Assembly: GCA_035490435.1 (NCBI GenBank) | Contig: DATHEF010000027.1 | Coordinates: 20,193 to 84,192, forward strand | DNA: 64,000 bases | From: Thermoanaerobaculia bacterium | Lineage (GTDB): Bacteria > Acidobacteriota > Thermoanaerobaculia > Multivoradales > UBA5704 | Reading direction: 5' to 3' | Part shown: piece after piece, positions 16,317 to 24,363 of the stretch | Position numbering within the stretch: the stretch's first letter is position 1 | Layout: every line of letters starts with the position of its first letter | The notes under the pieces: generated by a model | What the model saw: the letters and a program-made list of their open reading frames with translations, nothing else | Databases searched by the model: none | What the model was told of the DNA's origin: nothing | Position numbers and translations under genes: made by a program

Positions 16317-18023
16317 TCACTTCGGCAGCCGCCGCCGCACACCCGCCAATAGCGACTCCACCTCCTCGATCCGGGCCAGCTTCGCCAGGATCAGGTAGGA
16401 CAGTCCGTAGGTCCCCAGCACCAGAAGGGCCGTGAAGATGGGCCGGAGTGGCGGCAGCAGCCACCAGACCAGGGCTCCAGGCAGCGCCGCCGCGAGCGCC
16501 AGCAGCGCCATTCGGGCGTCTTCCCGCCAGGGGAGCTCGAAATCCGGCAGCCTTCTCCGTAGCGCGGCGCGGAGTTGGTAAAGCTCCATCCAGGCGCCGA
16601 AGCCGGAGGCGAGGGCGAGCCCGACAGAGCCCAGGTAGCGTGTCTGCCCGGGCAGCGGCCCGACCAGCGACGAGAGCTGGAAGCGGTCGAGGAAAAACAT
16701 CAGGGGCACTGCCACCAGCACCGAGGTCCCCACCCGCATCGCCGCGATGCGGGCCGGCGAGCGGGTGTCGCCGAGGGCGTAGAAGGTGTTCTGCAGCAGG
16801 CGCGAGGTGGTGGTGGCGAGGATGCCCGTCGAGTAGCCGCAGAGCACCAGGTAGACCAGCCAGTTAGCCGCCAGGTTGAAGTTGCCTCCGCGGTAGAAGC
16901 CGATCACCAGGAAGCCGAAGGCGAGATAGCCGATCACGGTGGGGATGTTCAGGAAGGCGACGTAGCGCAGCGCGCGCCGGACGCGGGCGAGCAGCGCCGG
17001 CGCCATCCCCTCGCCGCGCAGGCGCGACATCTCCGGCAGCTCCGAGGCCGCCACCGAGATGCCGAAGAGGCTGATCGGCAACAGATAGAAAATCTGCGCG
17101 AAGCGGTCCGCCGAGGCGGCGCCGGTCGCCAGCAGGGTGGCGAGGAAGAGGTCGATAAAGCCGGCGACTTGCACCACCCCCCGGCCGGCCACCGCCGGCC
17201 ACCACGCCGCCAGCGCCTGCCGCACCCCCGGCACGCTGAGCGAGAGCGACGGCCGGAAGCCGCGCAGGATGCCCAGTACCGTGGGGAGTTGTACGGCGAA
17301 CTGCAGCAGGCCGCCCGCGAGGGCGCCCCAGCAGGCCACCTTGAAGAGCTGGACCTGTCCGGAGGCCCCGCGGGTGCCGGCGAGCCAGTGGCTGGCGATC
17401 AGCAACGCGGCGACGATCGCCGAGTTCCAGAGCACCGGCGCGAAGTACGGCAGGAAGAAGCGGCGATTGCTGTTGAGGATCGCCAGCGCCCAGACCGACA
17501 GCACGAGCAGGCCGGCCATCGGGAAGAGGATGCGAACGCCGGTCACCGTCAGGGCGAAGCGGTCCACAGCCATCGTGCCCGCGGCCACGGCGGCGGCGTC
17601 GTGCCGGAAGCCGGGCGCCAGCGCGAAGACGATCGGCTTGGCGAGCAGGATGCCGAGCAGGGCGAAAGCCGCCGCCGCCGCCGCCATCAGGCCGAAGATG
17701 GCGCCGGCGAACTTTCCCGCCTCCTCGTCCCTCCCCTCCTCCAGCAACCCGCTGTAGATGGGGATGAACGACGCCGAGAGCACCCCCTCTCCCAGCAGGT
17801 TCTGAATGATGTTGGGGACCCGCATGGCGGCGGTCAGCGCGTCCTGGTGGGGACCGACGCCGAGATAGCGGGCAAAGGCCCCCTCGCGCACGAACCCCAT
17901 CAGCCGGCTAAGCACGATGCCGGCGAAAACGCTGGCCGCTCCCGCTCGCGAGCGGGGGCGGCGCAGCGGCGCCTGGGGCGGCTCCGACGGGGTCGGGTCG
18001 GCGCTCTCTATAGGCTCGCTCAC
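16317..18023 (-). CDS. murJ: Lipid II flippase MurJ
   Basis: N-terminal LSRLMGFVREGAFARYLGVGPHQDALTAAMRVPNIIQNLLGEGVLSASFIPIY matches the MurJ N-terminus; 14 TM helices. Probable GTG start at 18023 overlapping the upstream TGA (GTGA). The 1206-aa six-frame ORF is an artefactual 5' extension. Confidence 0.8.
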   Translation of the reverse strand: MSEPIESADPTPSEPPQAPLRRPRSRAGAASVFAGIVLSRLMGFVREGAFARYLGVGPHQDALTAAMRVPNIIQNLLGEGVLSASFIPIYSGLLEEGRDEEAGKFAGAIFGLMAAAAAAFALLGILLAKPIVFALAPGFRHDAAAVAAGTMAVDRFALTVTGVRILFPMAGLLVLSVWALAILNSNRRFFLPYFAPVLWNSAIVAALLIASHWLAGTRGASGQVQLFKVACWGALAGGLLQFAVQLPTVLGILRGFRPSLSLSVPGVRQALAAWWPAVAGRGVVQVAGFIDLFLATLLATGAASADRFAQIFYLLPISLFGISVAASELPEMSRLRGEGMAPALLARVRRALRYVAFLNIPTVIGYLAFGFLVIGFYRGGNFNLAANWLVYLVLCGYSTGILATTTSRLLQNTFYALGDTRSPARIAAMRVGTSVLVAVPLMFFLDRFQLSSLVGPLPGQTRYLGSVGLALASGFGAWMELYQLRAALRRRLPDFELPWREDARMALLALAAALPGALVWWLLPPLRPIFTALLVLGTYGLSYLILAKLARIEEVESLLAGVRRRLPK

Positions 18024-20890
18024 CGCGGCAGGTCGTTCCAGTTCAACAGGGCGTTGTAGACGAACCGGAAGTCGGCGAGGTTCAGGTAACGGTGGAGCGG
18101 GTCGAAGGCGTAGAGGATCACCCGCCCCTTGCCGGTGGGGACATCGAGGATCGCCGGCTTGCCGTCGAGCTCCTCCTTCCCGCGGGCGAGCCCGGAGAGC
18201 ACGAAACGGTCGTCCTTCTTCTCCGCTTTCGGCTTCGCCGCCGGAGCGGCCGCCGGAGCGTCGAGATCCTCCACCTCGATCCCGGAGGCGGAGCCCGGCT
18301 TTTTGTCCCCCTCCTCGTCCTCCTCCCCGTCGGGCTTCCTGGTGCCGAACTGCAGCACCACCCGGGCTCGATCCACCTTCGGCACGTCGAACACCGGGCC
18401 GTTGCCGCGGAAGACCTGGGTCAGCTCCTCGTAGCCGTAGACCAGCGGATGCTCCGGCCGCACCACCTTGACCCGCACCTCCGATCCCGGCGTATTGGCG
18501 CCCAGCCGCGTGCTGGAGACCCCGCGCACGATCCCGCCGTCGACCGGCAGCGTCCCGCCGCTGCCGAGCGCGATCAGCACGCCGCCGCCACGGACGAACT
18601 TGTCCAGATTGAGCAGCCCCTCGAAACCCATGCCGCCGGTGATGTCCTCCGAGCCGTCGGGGATCCCCTGGCTGGGGAACTCCGGGGTCTTGGTGTAGGC
18701 GAGCGGACCGTACTTGGGATCGATGCCGTGCACGAGATCGGAGAGCTCCCCGTAGGTCCTGGGGTAGAGGACGACGTCGAAACGCTCGGCGAGGTTCCCC
18801 CGCTTGAGGTCGTCGTCGTTGATCAGCGTGTAGGGGACCTTGGCGCGGTCGAGGGTGTAGCGCACCCAGCCGGCGTCCTGGGTGTCGATCCAGTTGTGGA
18901 GCACCGCCAGGCGCGGCAGGTCGACGAGATGGCGCCGGACCTCCGGCGCCGAGGCGACCGCCGCGAACGACAGGCCGGTCTGACGCGCGACCTCCCCCAC
19001 CGCCTCGCGCGGCGCCTGGACGATCCAGCTCCCCGGCGGATAGGTGACGCCCCCGGCGGTGAAGGCGGCCTCCGCCACGTCCACTTGGTTGGTCCCCAGA
19101 ATCACGCGTCCCGCCAGCAGCGCCGTCTGCCCGGTGTCGCGCAACAGGAAAAGCTCGCCGGCGCCGTCGATCCTGCCGGTGGGGACGACGTCGGCCGCCA
19201 CCCGCTCCATGGCGCCGTCGAGGATCTTCTTGTCCGCCACCGCCTCCGCCTTGACGCCGTAGAGCAGCGGCCAGGTCCAGGCCACGTCGTCGTAGGGCGG
19301 GTTCGGCTCGTCCGCCGGGAACTTCTGCTCTTCGAGGAGGTCGTTGGCCATGCGGCCATAGGGCTGGTCCAGCCGCACCACGTAGGTCCCCGCGCCCCAA
19401 GTCCGGGCGCCGGCCTTCGCCTCGGCGGTCAGCCGGTGAACCTCGATCCGGTGCTGGCGGAGCTGGTTGACCAGATAGGCCAGCCGGGCCGGATCGCGCT
19501 GATCGGCCGGAAAGACCCAGGCGTAGGGGGCCGTGGTCTTCCCCTTCACGAGCGCGTGGTCCCCCTTGGTCCAGAAATCCTCGAGCAGCTCCTCGCGATG
19601 GAGGGCGGCGTACTCGAGGGCCGAGAGGGCCCCCGCCTCCATGTAGTTGGTGTTGTTGCGCAGCGACCAGCGGAGCTTCTTCGCCGGCGGCGCCGGGCGG
19701 TACCACTGAACGTCGGTCACCGGCCGGCCCGCGAACTTCGCCCGCGAGAGGTCGCGGTCGAAGGTGCCGGCCGAGCCGTTGCCGAAGGTCTCGTAGAAAC
19801 GCCCTACCGAGTGATGGAGGTTGGCCACCGAGTTGAGATAGCCGGGCCACCAGCCGTCCCAGAAGGCCCAGGTGAAGATCCCCGGCAGACCCTGAGCGGA
19901 GAGGGCTCCGGCCTCGTGATAGCCGAATTGCGTCCACTCGCTGATCGTCACCGGATCGATCGCCCGGTTGTAGGGTCCGTAGCCGGTCATGATGTAGAGC
20001 AGCGGCAACGACTCGTGGAGGTCGTGCATCACCTGCGGATGGAACTCGTAGAAGGTCTCGTGGACGGCGCGGGTGAGCGCCTGGGTGACCTGCATGCCGT
20101 CGCGGTTGTTGTCGTGCAGCACGTAATGCCCCCAGTAGGGCGGGGACATGATCTCGTCGAGATCCTCGTAGGAGCCCTTGCGGTCGCGCAGGTGGCGGTA
20201 ATACCAGTCGACCTGCCGGTCGCGGCCGTCCGGCTCGGTGACCGGGGTGATCATGACGATCGTGTTCTTGCGGATCGCCTGGATCTCCGGCTTCTCCGAG
20301 ACCGCCAGCCGGTAGGCGAGCTCCATCAGCATCTCGGGGCTGCCGGTCTCGGTCGAGTGGAGGCCGCCGGTGAACCAGTAGAAGACCTTCCCCTCGGCGG
20401 CCAGCTTGCGGGCCTCCTCGCGCGGGGTGCGGCGGGGGTCGGCCAAGCGGGCGGTGACGTCCTTGTAGCGGTCGAGCGCCGCCAGGTTCTCAGGGTCCGA
20501 GACCAGGGCGACGATCATCTCGCGCCCCTCCTCGCTGGTGCCGATCACCTTGACCTGGACGCGGTCGGTCGCCCCGGCGAGGCGGCGGAAGTAGTCGTGA
20601 ACGTCCTTGACGCGCGACAGCTCGTCCGGCGCGCCGGCGAGATGCCCCAGCGCCTTGGTGGGCGACGGCACCGTCTCCGAGTCCGGCACGTAGGCGACCG
20701 ACTCGGGGAGGTACTCGGGAGCGGTCGTGTACTCCTTGATCTTCTCGACGCTCCCCGGTTCCGGTCGGTCGGGGGCCCAGGAGCCGGCGGCCGCGGGAGC
20801 CGCCATGGGAGCCGGGGGAGGCGTTTCCTGGGCGAAGACGGTGCTGGCGCAGAGAAGGGGGAGAAGGAAGATCACAGATCGGACGTTCAC
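18020..20890 (-). CDS. Secreted M14-family zinc carboxypeptidase (956 aa)
   Basis: Signal peptide; M14 zinc site FYWFTGGLHSTETGSPE (HxxE); length and domain order of large bacterial M14 peptidases. Confidence 0.8.
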   Translation of the reverse strand: MNVRSVIFLLPLLCASTVFAQETPPPAPMAAPAAAGSWAPDRPEPGSVEKIKEYTTAPEYLPESVAYVPDSETVPSPTKALGHLAGAPDELSRVKDVHDYFRRLAGATDRVQVKVIGTSEEGREMIVALVSDPENLAALDRYKDVTARLADPRRTPREEARKLAAEGKVFYWFTGGLHSTETGSPEMLMELAYRLAVSEKPEIQAIRKNTIVMITPVTEPDGRDRQVDWYYRHLRDRKGSYEDLDEIMSPPYWGHYVLHDNNRDGMQVTQALTRAVHETFYEFHPQVMHDLHESLPLLYIMTGYGPYNRAIDPVTISEWTQFGYHEAGALSAQGLPGIFTWAFWDGWWPGYLNSVANLHHSVGRFYETFGNGSAGTFDRDLSRAKFAGRPVTDVQWYRPAPPAKKLRWSLRNNTNYMEAGALSALEYAALHREELLEDFWTKGDHALVKGKTTAPYAWVFPADQRDPARLAYLVNQLRQHRIEVHRLTAEAKAGARTWGAGTYVVRLDQPYGRMANDLLEEQKFPADEPNPPYDDVAWTWPLLYGVKAEAVADKKILDGAMERVAADVVPTGRIDGAGELFLLRDTGQTALLAGRVILGTNQVDVAEAAFTAGGVTYPPGSWIVQAPREAVGEVARQTGLSFAAVASAPEVRRHLVDLPRLAVLHNWIDTQDAGWVRYTLDRAKVPYTLINDDDLKRGNLAERFDVVLYPRTYGELSDLVHGIDPKYGPLAYTKTPEFPSQGIPDGSEDITGGMGFEGLLNLDKFVRGGGVLIALGSGGTLPVDGGIVRGVSSTRLGANTPGSEVRVKVVRPEHPLVYGYEELTQVFRGNGPVFDVPKVDRARVVLQFGTRKPDGEEDEEGDKKPGSASGIEVEDLDAPAAAPAAKPKAEKKDDRFVLSGLARGKEELDGKPAILDVPTGKGRVILYAFDPLHRYLNLADFRFVYNALLNWNDLPR

Positions 20891-20951
20891 AGAGGGGTCT
20901 CCTTGGAAGGATTGCTACGATATCGGTTCCCGGACGGCGGGACAAGGCGGC

Positions 20952-20979
20952 TTGACGCTCTTGACTTGACACTCTTGAC
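20952..20979 (+). promoter_or_regulatory. Four closely spaced TTGAC pentamers (two CTCTTGAC direct repeats) upstream of the antitoxin gene: candidate operator/-35 cluster
   Basis: gCTTGACgCTCTTGACTTGACaCTCTTGACgg located 17-45 nt upstream of the antitoxin ATG at 20996. Confidence 0.45.
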
Positions 20980-20995
20980 GGACCACACTCATCCC

Positions 20996-21499
20996 ATGAC
21001 GCGAGCCCACGCCGCCGCCAAAGCCTTCGAGGAAGCCCTGGAGGAGTTCTCCCTTCCCGAGGATGCTCCTGAGCTCAAAAATCCGGAAGCCCTGGGGAGG
21101 CGAGCCGCCTTGCTGGCCGTGGCGGAGGCTTCCTGGGGTCAGGTGCTCGGCCCCTTGCTGGATGTCGAGCAGGCCCAGACCCTTCTCAACGTAAAGAGTC
21201 GGCAGGCCGTCAGCGACCTCGCGAAGAGAGGCCGCCTGCTGGCACTCGGCGGTACCGGAGGACGCAAGCTCTACCCGGCGTTCCAGTTCGGCCCCAGCGG
21301 CCGCCCACATCCCGAGGTCGCGAAGGTCCTTTCCATCTTCGACGGAGTCGTGGAGACGCCCTATACGATCGCCTCCTGGTTTGTCAGCCCTCAGGATCTT
21401 CTGGAGGGAGAAAATCCAGCGGCTTGGCTCCGGTCTCGACGTGATCCGGAAATGGTTTTCGAAGCTGCGAGGCGTGCGGCAGACAAACTGGCCCACTGA
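20996..21499 (+). CDS. Xre/MbcA/ParS-type antitoxin (N-terminal HTH + C-terminal DUF2384 toxin-binding domain)
   Basis: HTH-like QAQTLLNVKSRQAVSDLAKRGRL. The C-terminus WFVSPQDLLEGENPAAWLRSRRDPEMVFEAARRA fits the DUF2384 pattern (W..P...L.G..P...L). A RES gene follows immediately. Confidence 0.7.
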   Translation: MTRAHAAAKAFEEALEEFSLPEDAPELKNPEALGRRAALLAVAEASWGQVLGPLLDVEQAQTLLNVKSRQAVSDLAKRGRLLALGGTGGRKLYPAFQFGPSGRPHPEVAKVLSIFDGVVETPYTIASWFVSPQDLLEGENPAAWLRSRRDPEMVFEAARRAADKLAH

Positions 21500-22087
21500 C
21501 CCCTGAGCCCTCTCTCCTCCCCTCCACCCGATCTCCGGCGGTTCCCTCGCCGCGATCTGCCAAGCGGATTTCCGCTTTTCCGGATCCACCTCGCCCGCTT
21601 CGGGCCCTGGTGGTTCTCACGGAGCGGCTACGGCCGTTTCGATCTCCGTGGGCCGGACGGGGTGGGTACCTGCTACCTCGCGGAACAGCCAGAGGGCTGT
21701 TTTCTAGAGGTCTTCAGGGAATTTTCCACCATTCCCGAGACAGAGGTACAGATCCGGAATCTTGCGAAGATCGAGATGGAACGCCCTCTCTCACTCGCGG
21801 ACTGCACTACGGAAAGCGCGCGCGTCTGGGGCATCACGGCGGAGATCCATTCAAGCCCCGACTATAAGAAGACCCAGGATTGGGCGGCGGCGTTCGCCCG
21901 TGCGGGATTCGACGGGATCTGCTACCTCTTGCGACACGATCCGGCGCAGCGCCTGACAGGTATAGCGCTCTTCGGACCGGAAGGCTCACAGCCTGGTTTT
22001 CCCGTCGCTGCCAGCGAACCGATCGGAACCGACCTGCTCCAGCGTGTGGAGGATCGCTTCGGGATTCGTGTCAAGCAACCTCTCTGA
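21500..22087 (+). CDS. RES-domain toxin (ParT/MbcT-like); start codon not identifiable
   Basis: The frame is open from the antitoxin TGA and is the same frame. Encodes LFRIHLARFGPWWFSRSGYGRFD...GTCYLAEQPEGCFLEVF (RES Arg/Glu motifs). The first ATG/GTG/TTG in frame is the GTG at 21662, downstream of the conserved Arg (21635). Confidence 0.6.
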   Translation, partial: PLSPLSSPPPDLRRFPRRDLPSGFPLFRIHLARFGPWWFSRSGYGRFDLRGPDGVGTCYLAEQPEGCFLEVFREFSTIPETEVQIRNLAKIEMERPLSLADCTTESARVWGITAEIHSSPDYKKTQDWAAAFARAGFDGICYLLRHDPAQRLTGIALFGPEGSQPGFPVAASEPIGTDLLQRVEDRFGIRVKQPL

Positions 22088-22088
22088 C

Positions 22089-23426
22089 CTACCGTAACCG
22101 CACCACCACCACCGTCATATCGTCCGCCTGTTCCTGGTCCCCCTTGAAGTTCGAGAGGTCGCCCAGGATGGCGTCGCGGACCTCGCGGGCGGTGCGGCTG
22201 GCGGCGGCACGGGCGACGGCCCGCTGGAGGCGCGCGTCGCCGTAATCCTGATCCTGGTCGTTGCGGGCCTCCACCAAGCCGTCGGTGTAGAAGATCAGCA
22301 GGTCCCCGGGCGCGATGGGGTGCTTGACCAGCTCGTAGCTGGCGTTCAGGAAGGTGCCGAGAGGGGGCGCCCCCTCCCCCACCTCAGCGAAGCGGCCGGA
22401 GCGCGGATCGTAATGGAGCATCGGCGGATGGCCCGCGGTCACCAGGGTCACCGAGCCCTCCTCCCGGTTGATCACGGCGCAGAGCAGGGTGACGTAGGTC
22501 CGCTTGTCCGTGGTCCGCCGGACCATGTGGTTCAGACGGTCGAAAACCCCGAGCGGCGAAGCGAGATCCTCCTCCAGCAGGTAGAGGCAGCTCCGCACCC
22601 CCGAGAGCAGCAGCCCGCTCGCGAGGCCGTGCCCGGCCACGTCGCCGATCACCAGGACGAGCTGGGAGTCACTCAGCTTGAAGTACTCGTAGTAGTCGCC
22701 ACCCACCTCGGTCGCCGGGAGCGAGGCCGCGGCGAGGTCGATCCAGCTCAGTTGGGGCGCGGTCTGGGGGAGCATGCTGAGCTGGATCTTGCGCGCGTAG
22801 TCGATCTCCTCGCGCATCCGCAGCCGCTCGCGAGCTCGCGAGTACTCGCGGCGCCAGACGTTGAGGAACCGTTTGCGGTCGAGCTGGGAGATCCCCATGG
22901 CGGTCACCAGGCAGATCACGCTGATGATCGAGACCGCGATGACCGCGTCCTGGTCCGCTGGAACCGAGACCCGCCGCAGCCCCACCCATTCCAGGGGGAA
23001 GACCGCGGTCACCCAGAACACGGCGAACAGCATGAGGTGCTCGGAGACCCGCAGCCGGAAGGCCAGCAGCAGGAAGCAGACCAGGATGAACGGCACGTGC
23101 TCGCCGTTGTCGATGTAGCTGGTCGCGAGCTTGAGCACCACGATCTGGAAGAACAGGAAGACGAGCAGGATCTGGCGGAAGTTGCGGGCAAAGATCTCGC
23201 GGTCGCGCAGGATGAAGAGCGCCACGCAGGCCAGGGAGTCGGCGATGTAGATCGCGAGGCCGTAGCCGTCGTGCAGGGTCACCGAGGAGGCGATGCCGCC
23301 CAGGCAGAGGAGCGGCACCAGGGCCAGCAGCCAGCGGAAGGCGCGATAGTTGCGGGCGTCGAAGTGGCGCTGGACGGCGAGCGGCTCGGGCAGCAGCACG
23401 AGCTCGTCGAGGGTGGGGGCTTTCAT
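22089..23426 (-). CDS. Membrane-anchored PP2C-family Ser/Thr phosphatase (SpoIIE/RsbU-like)
   Basis: ~8 TM helices, then PPM motifs (GGDYYEY, VIGDVAGHG, DGL, DDMTVVVVRL). Confidence 0.8.
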   Translation of the reverse strand: MKAPTLDELVLLPEPLAVQRHFDARNYRAFRWLLALVPLLCLGGIASSVTLHDGYGLAIYIADSLACVALFILRDREIFARNFRQILLVFLFFQIVVLKLATSYIDNGEHVPFILVCFLLLAFRLRVSEHLMLFAVFWVTAVFPLEWVGLRRVSVPADQDAVIAVSIISVICLVTAMGISQLDRKRFLNVWRREYSRARERLRMREEIDYARKIQLSMLPQTAPQLSWIDLAAASLPATEVGGDYYEYFKLSDSQLVLVIGDVAGHGLASGLLLSGVRSCLYLLEEDLASPLGVFDRLNHMVRRTTDKRTYVTLLCAVINREEGSVTLVTAGHPPMLHYDPRSGRFAEVGEGAPPLGTFLNASYELVKHPIAPGDLLIFYTDGLVEARNDQDQDYGDARLQRAVARAAASRTAREVRDAILGDLSNFKGDQEQADDMTVVVVRLR

Positions 23427-23436
23427 GGCGGCGGAT

Positions 23437-24339
23437 CTACTTGAAGAGCCAGCGGATCGCGCCGCTCAAGAGACCCGAGACGAGCTCCCCGGCCAGCGAT
23501 CCCGAACGGCCGTGGCCGCCGAGCAGCAGACGCTCCGACTCCGCCTGATTCCACGGTTGGAGACTCTCCCCGAGCCTCTGCTGCCGCGTCTCGATCTGCT
23601 CCTGCTCCCGCTGGACCTTCTCGGCCCGCGCCTCGCCCCCCTCGCGGATCCAGCGCAGCAGGCGGTCCAGCTCATGGAGGTCGAACCAGATCCCGTGGCG
23701 GGCGCAGACGTCGACGATGACGCCGCTCTTCCTGCCGTAGTTGCGGCGGTTCATCAGCGCGCCGCAGGTCACGCAGGGACGATACTGGAGCGGCTGCGCT
23801 GGGGCCGCCTCCGCCTCGGCGGGACCGCCGCCGCCGAACCCCTCCGAGAGCTGGCCCGACCGCGCGCGATCGGCCATCACCTCGAAAATCTCCTTCTCGA
23901 GCCAGAGCCCGCCGCAGGCGGAGCACTCGAAGAGAGCCACGTTGGCCCGCCCCAGGCGGCGGCTGGACAGGGGGCGCCCGCCCTTGCAGGCGGGGCACCG
24001 GTAGCCGTCCTCGCCGGCCGCCGCCTGGGCGGCCAGGACCGGAGTGCCGCAGTGATGGCAGAAGCGGGCCCGGCCGCTCACCCGCGCCATGCAGCCGGGG
24101 CAGATGGTGTCGAGGTCGCGGTCGTGGAGGGTGAACTCCGCGGCGCAGAAACGGCAGGCCGCCGCCATCCCCTCCCGCGGCGCGCCGCAGGAGGAGCAGC
24201 GCACCACGGCCGCGTCGTGCGCGTCGGGCAGGGGCACGGTCACCGTGGCGCCGCAGGAGCACGGGAAGGCGGAGCCCACCGGACGCGCGGTGGCGTCGAA
24301 CTGGCGATGGCAATCGGGGCAGGCGACGAGGAAACGCAT
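23437..24339 (-). CDS. Zinc-ribbon domain protein (multiple CxxC pairs, C-terminal zf-TFIIB-like ribbon)
   Basis: CPDC..CSCG, CSSCG..CRFC, CPGC..CHHCG, CPACKG..CSACGGLW, and CVTCGALMNRRNYG...VCARHGIWFDLHELDRL. Confidence 0.6.
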   Translation of the reverse strand: MRFLVACPDCHRQFDATARPVGSAFPCSCGATVTVPLPDAHDAAVVRCSSCGAPREGMAAACRFCAAEFTLHDRDLDTICPGCMARVSGRARFCHHCGTPVLAAQAAAGEDGYRCPACKGGRPLSSRRLGRANVALFECSACGGLWLEKEIFEVMADRARSGQLSEGFGGGGPAEAEAAPAQPLQYRPCVTCGALMNRRNYGRKSGVIVDVCARHGIWFDLHELDRLLRWIREGGEARAEKVQREQEQIETRQQRLGESLQPWNQAESERLLLGGHGRSGSLAGELVSGLLSGAIRWLFK

Positions 24340-24363
24340 GCGATCAGTCCCGCCTCACATCAA

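Noticed and set aside
16317-19937. 1206-aa ORF treated as one gene
   Set aside because: Only the C-terminal ~568 aa match MurJ. The N-terminal part is a different frame of the M14 gene region. A GTG start at 18023 overlapping the M14 stop resolves it.
18092-21499. 1135-aa plus-strand ORF
   Set aside because: Antisense to the M14 peptidase gene. It has Arg/Gly/Ala/Pro-rich composition typical of stop-free reverse frames in 70% GC DNA. Only its last 167 codons (20996-21499, the antitoxin) are a real gene.
21610-21867. 85-aa ORF starting with GTG at 21610 as a possible true start for the toxin
   Set aside because: It is in frame 1, whereas the RES motifs are in frame 2. Its product (MVLTERLRPFRSPWAGRGG...) has no RES features and ends before the conserved Glu and Ser regions.
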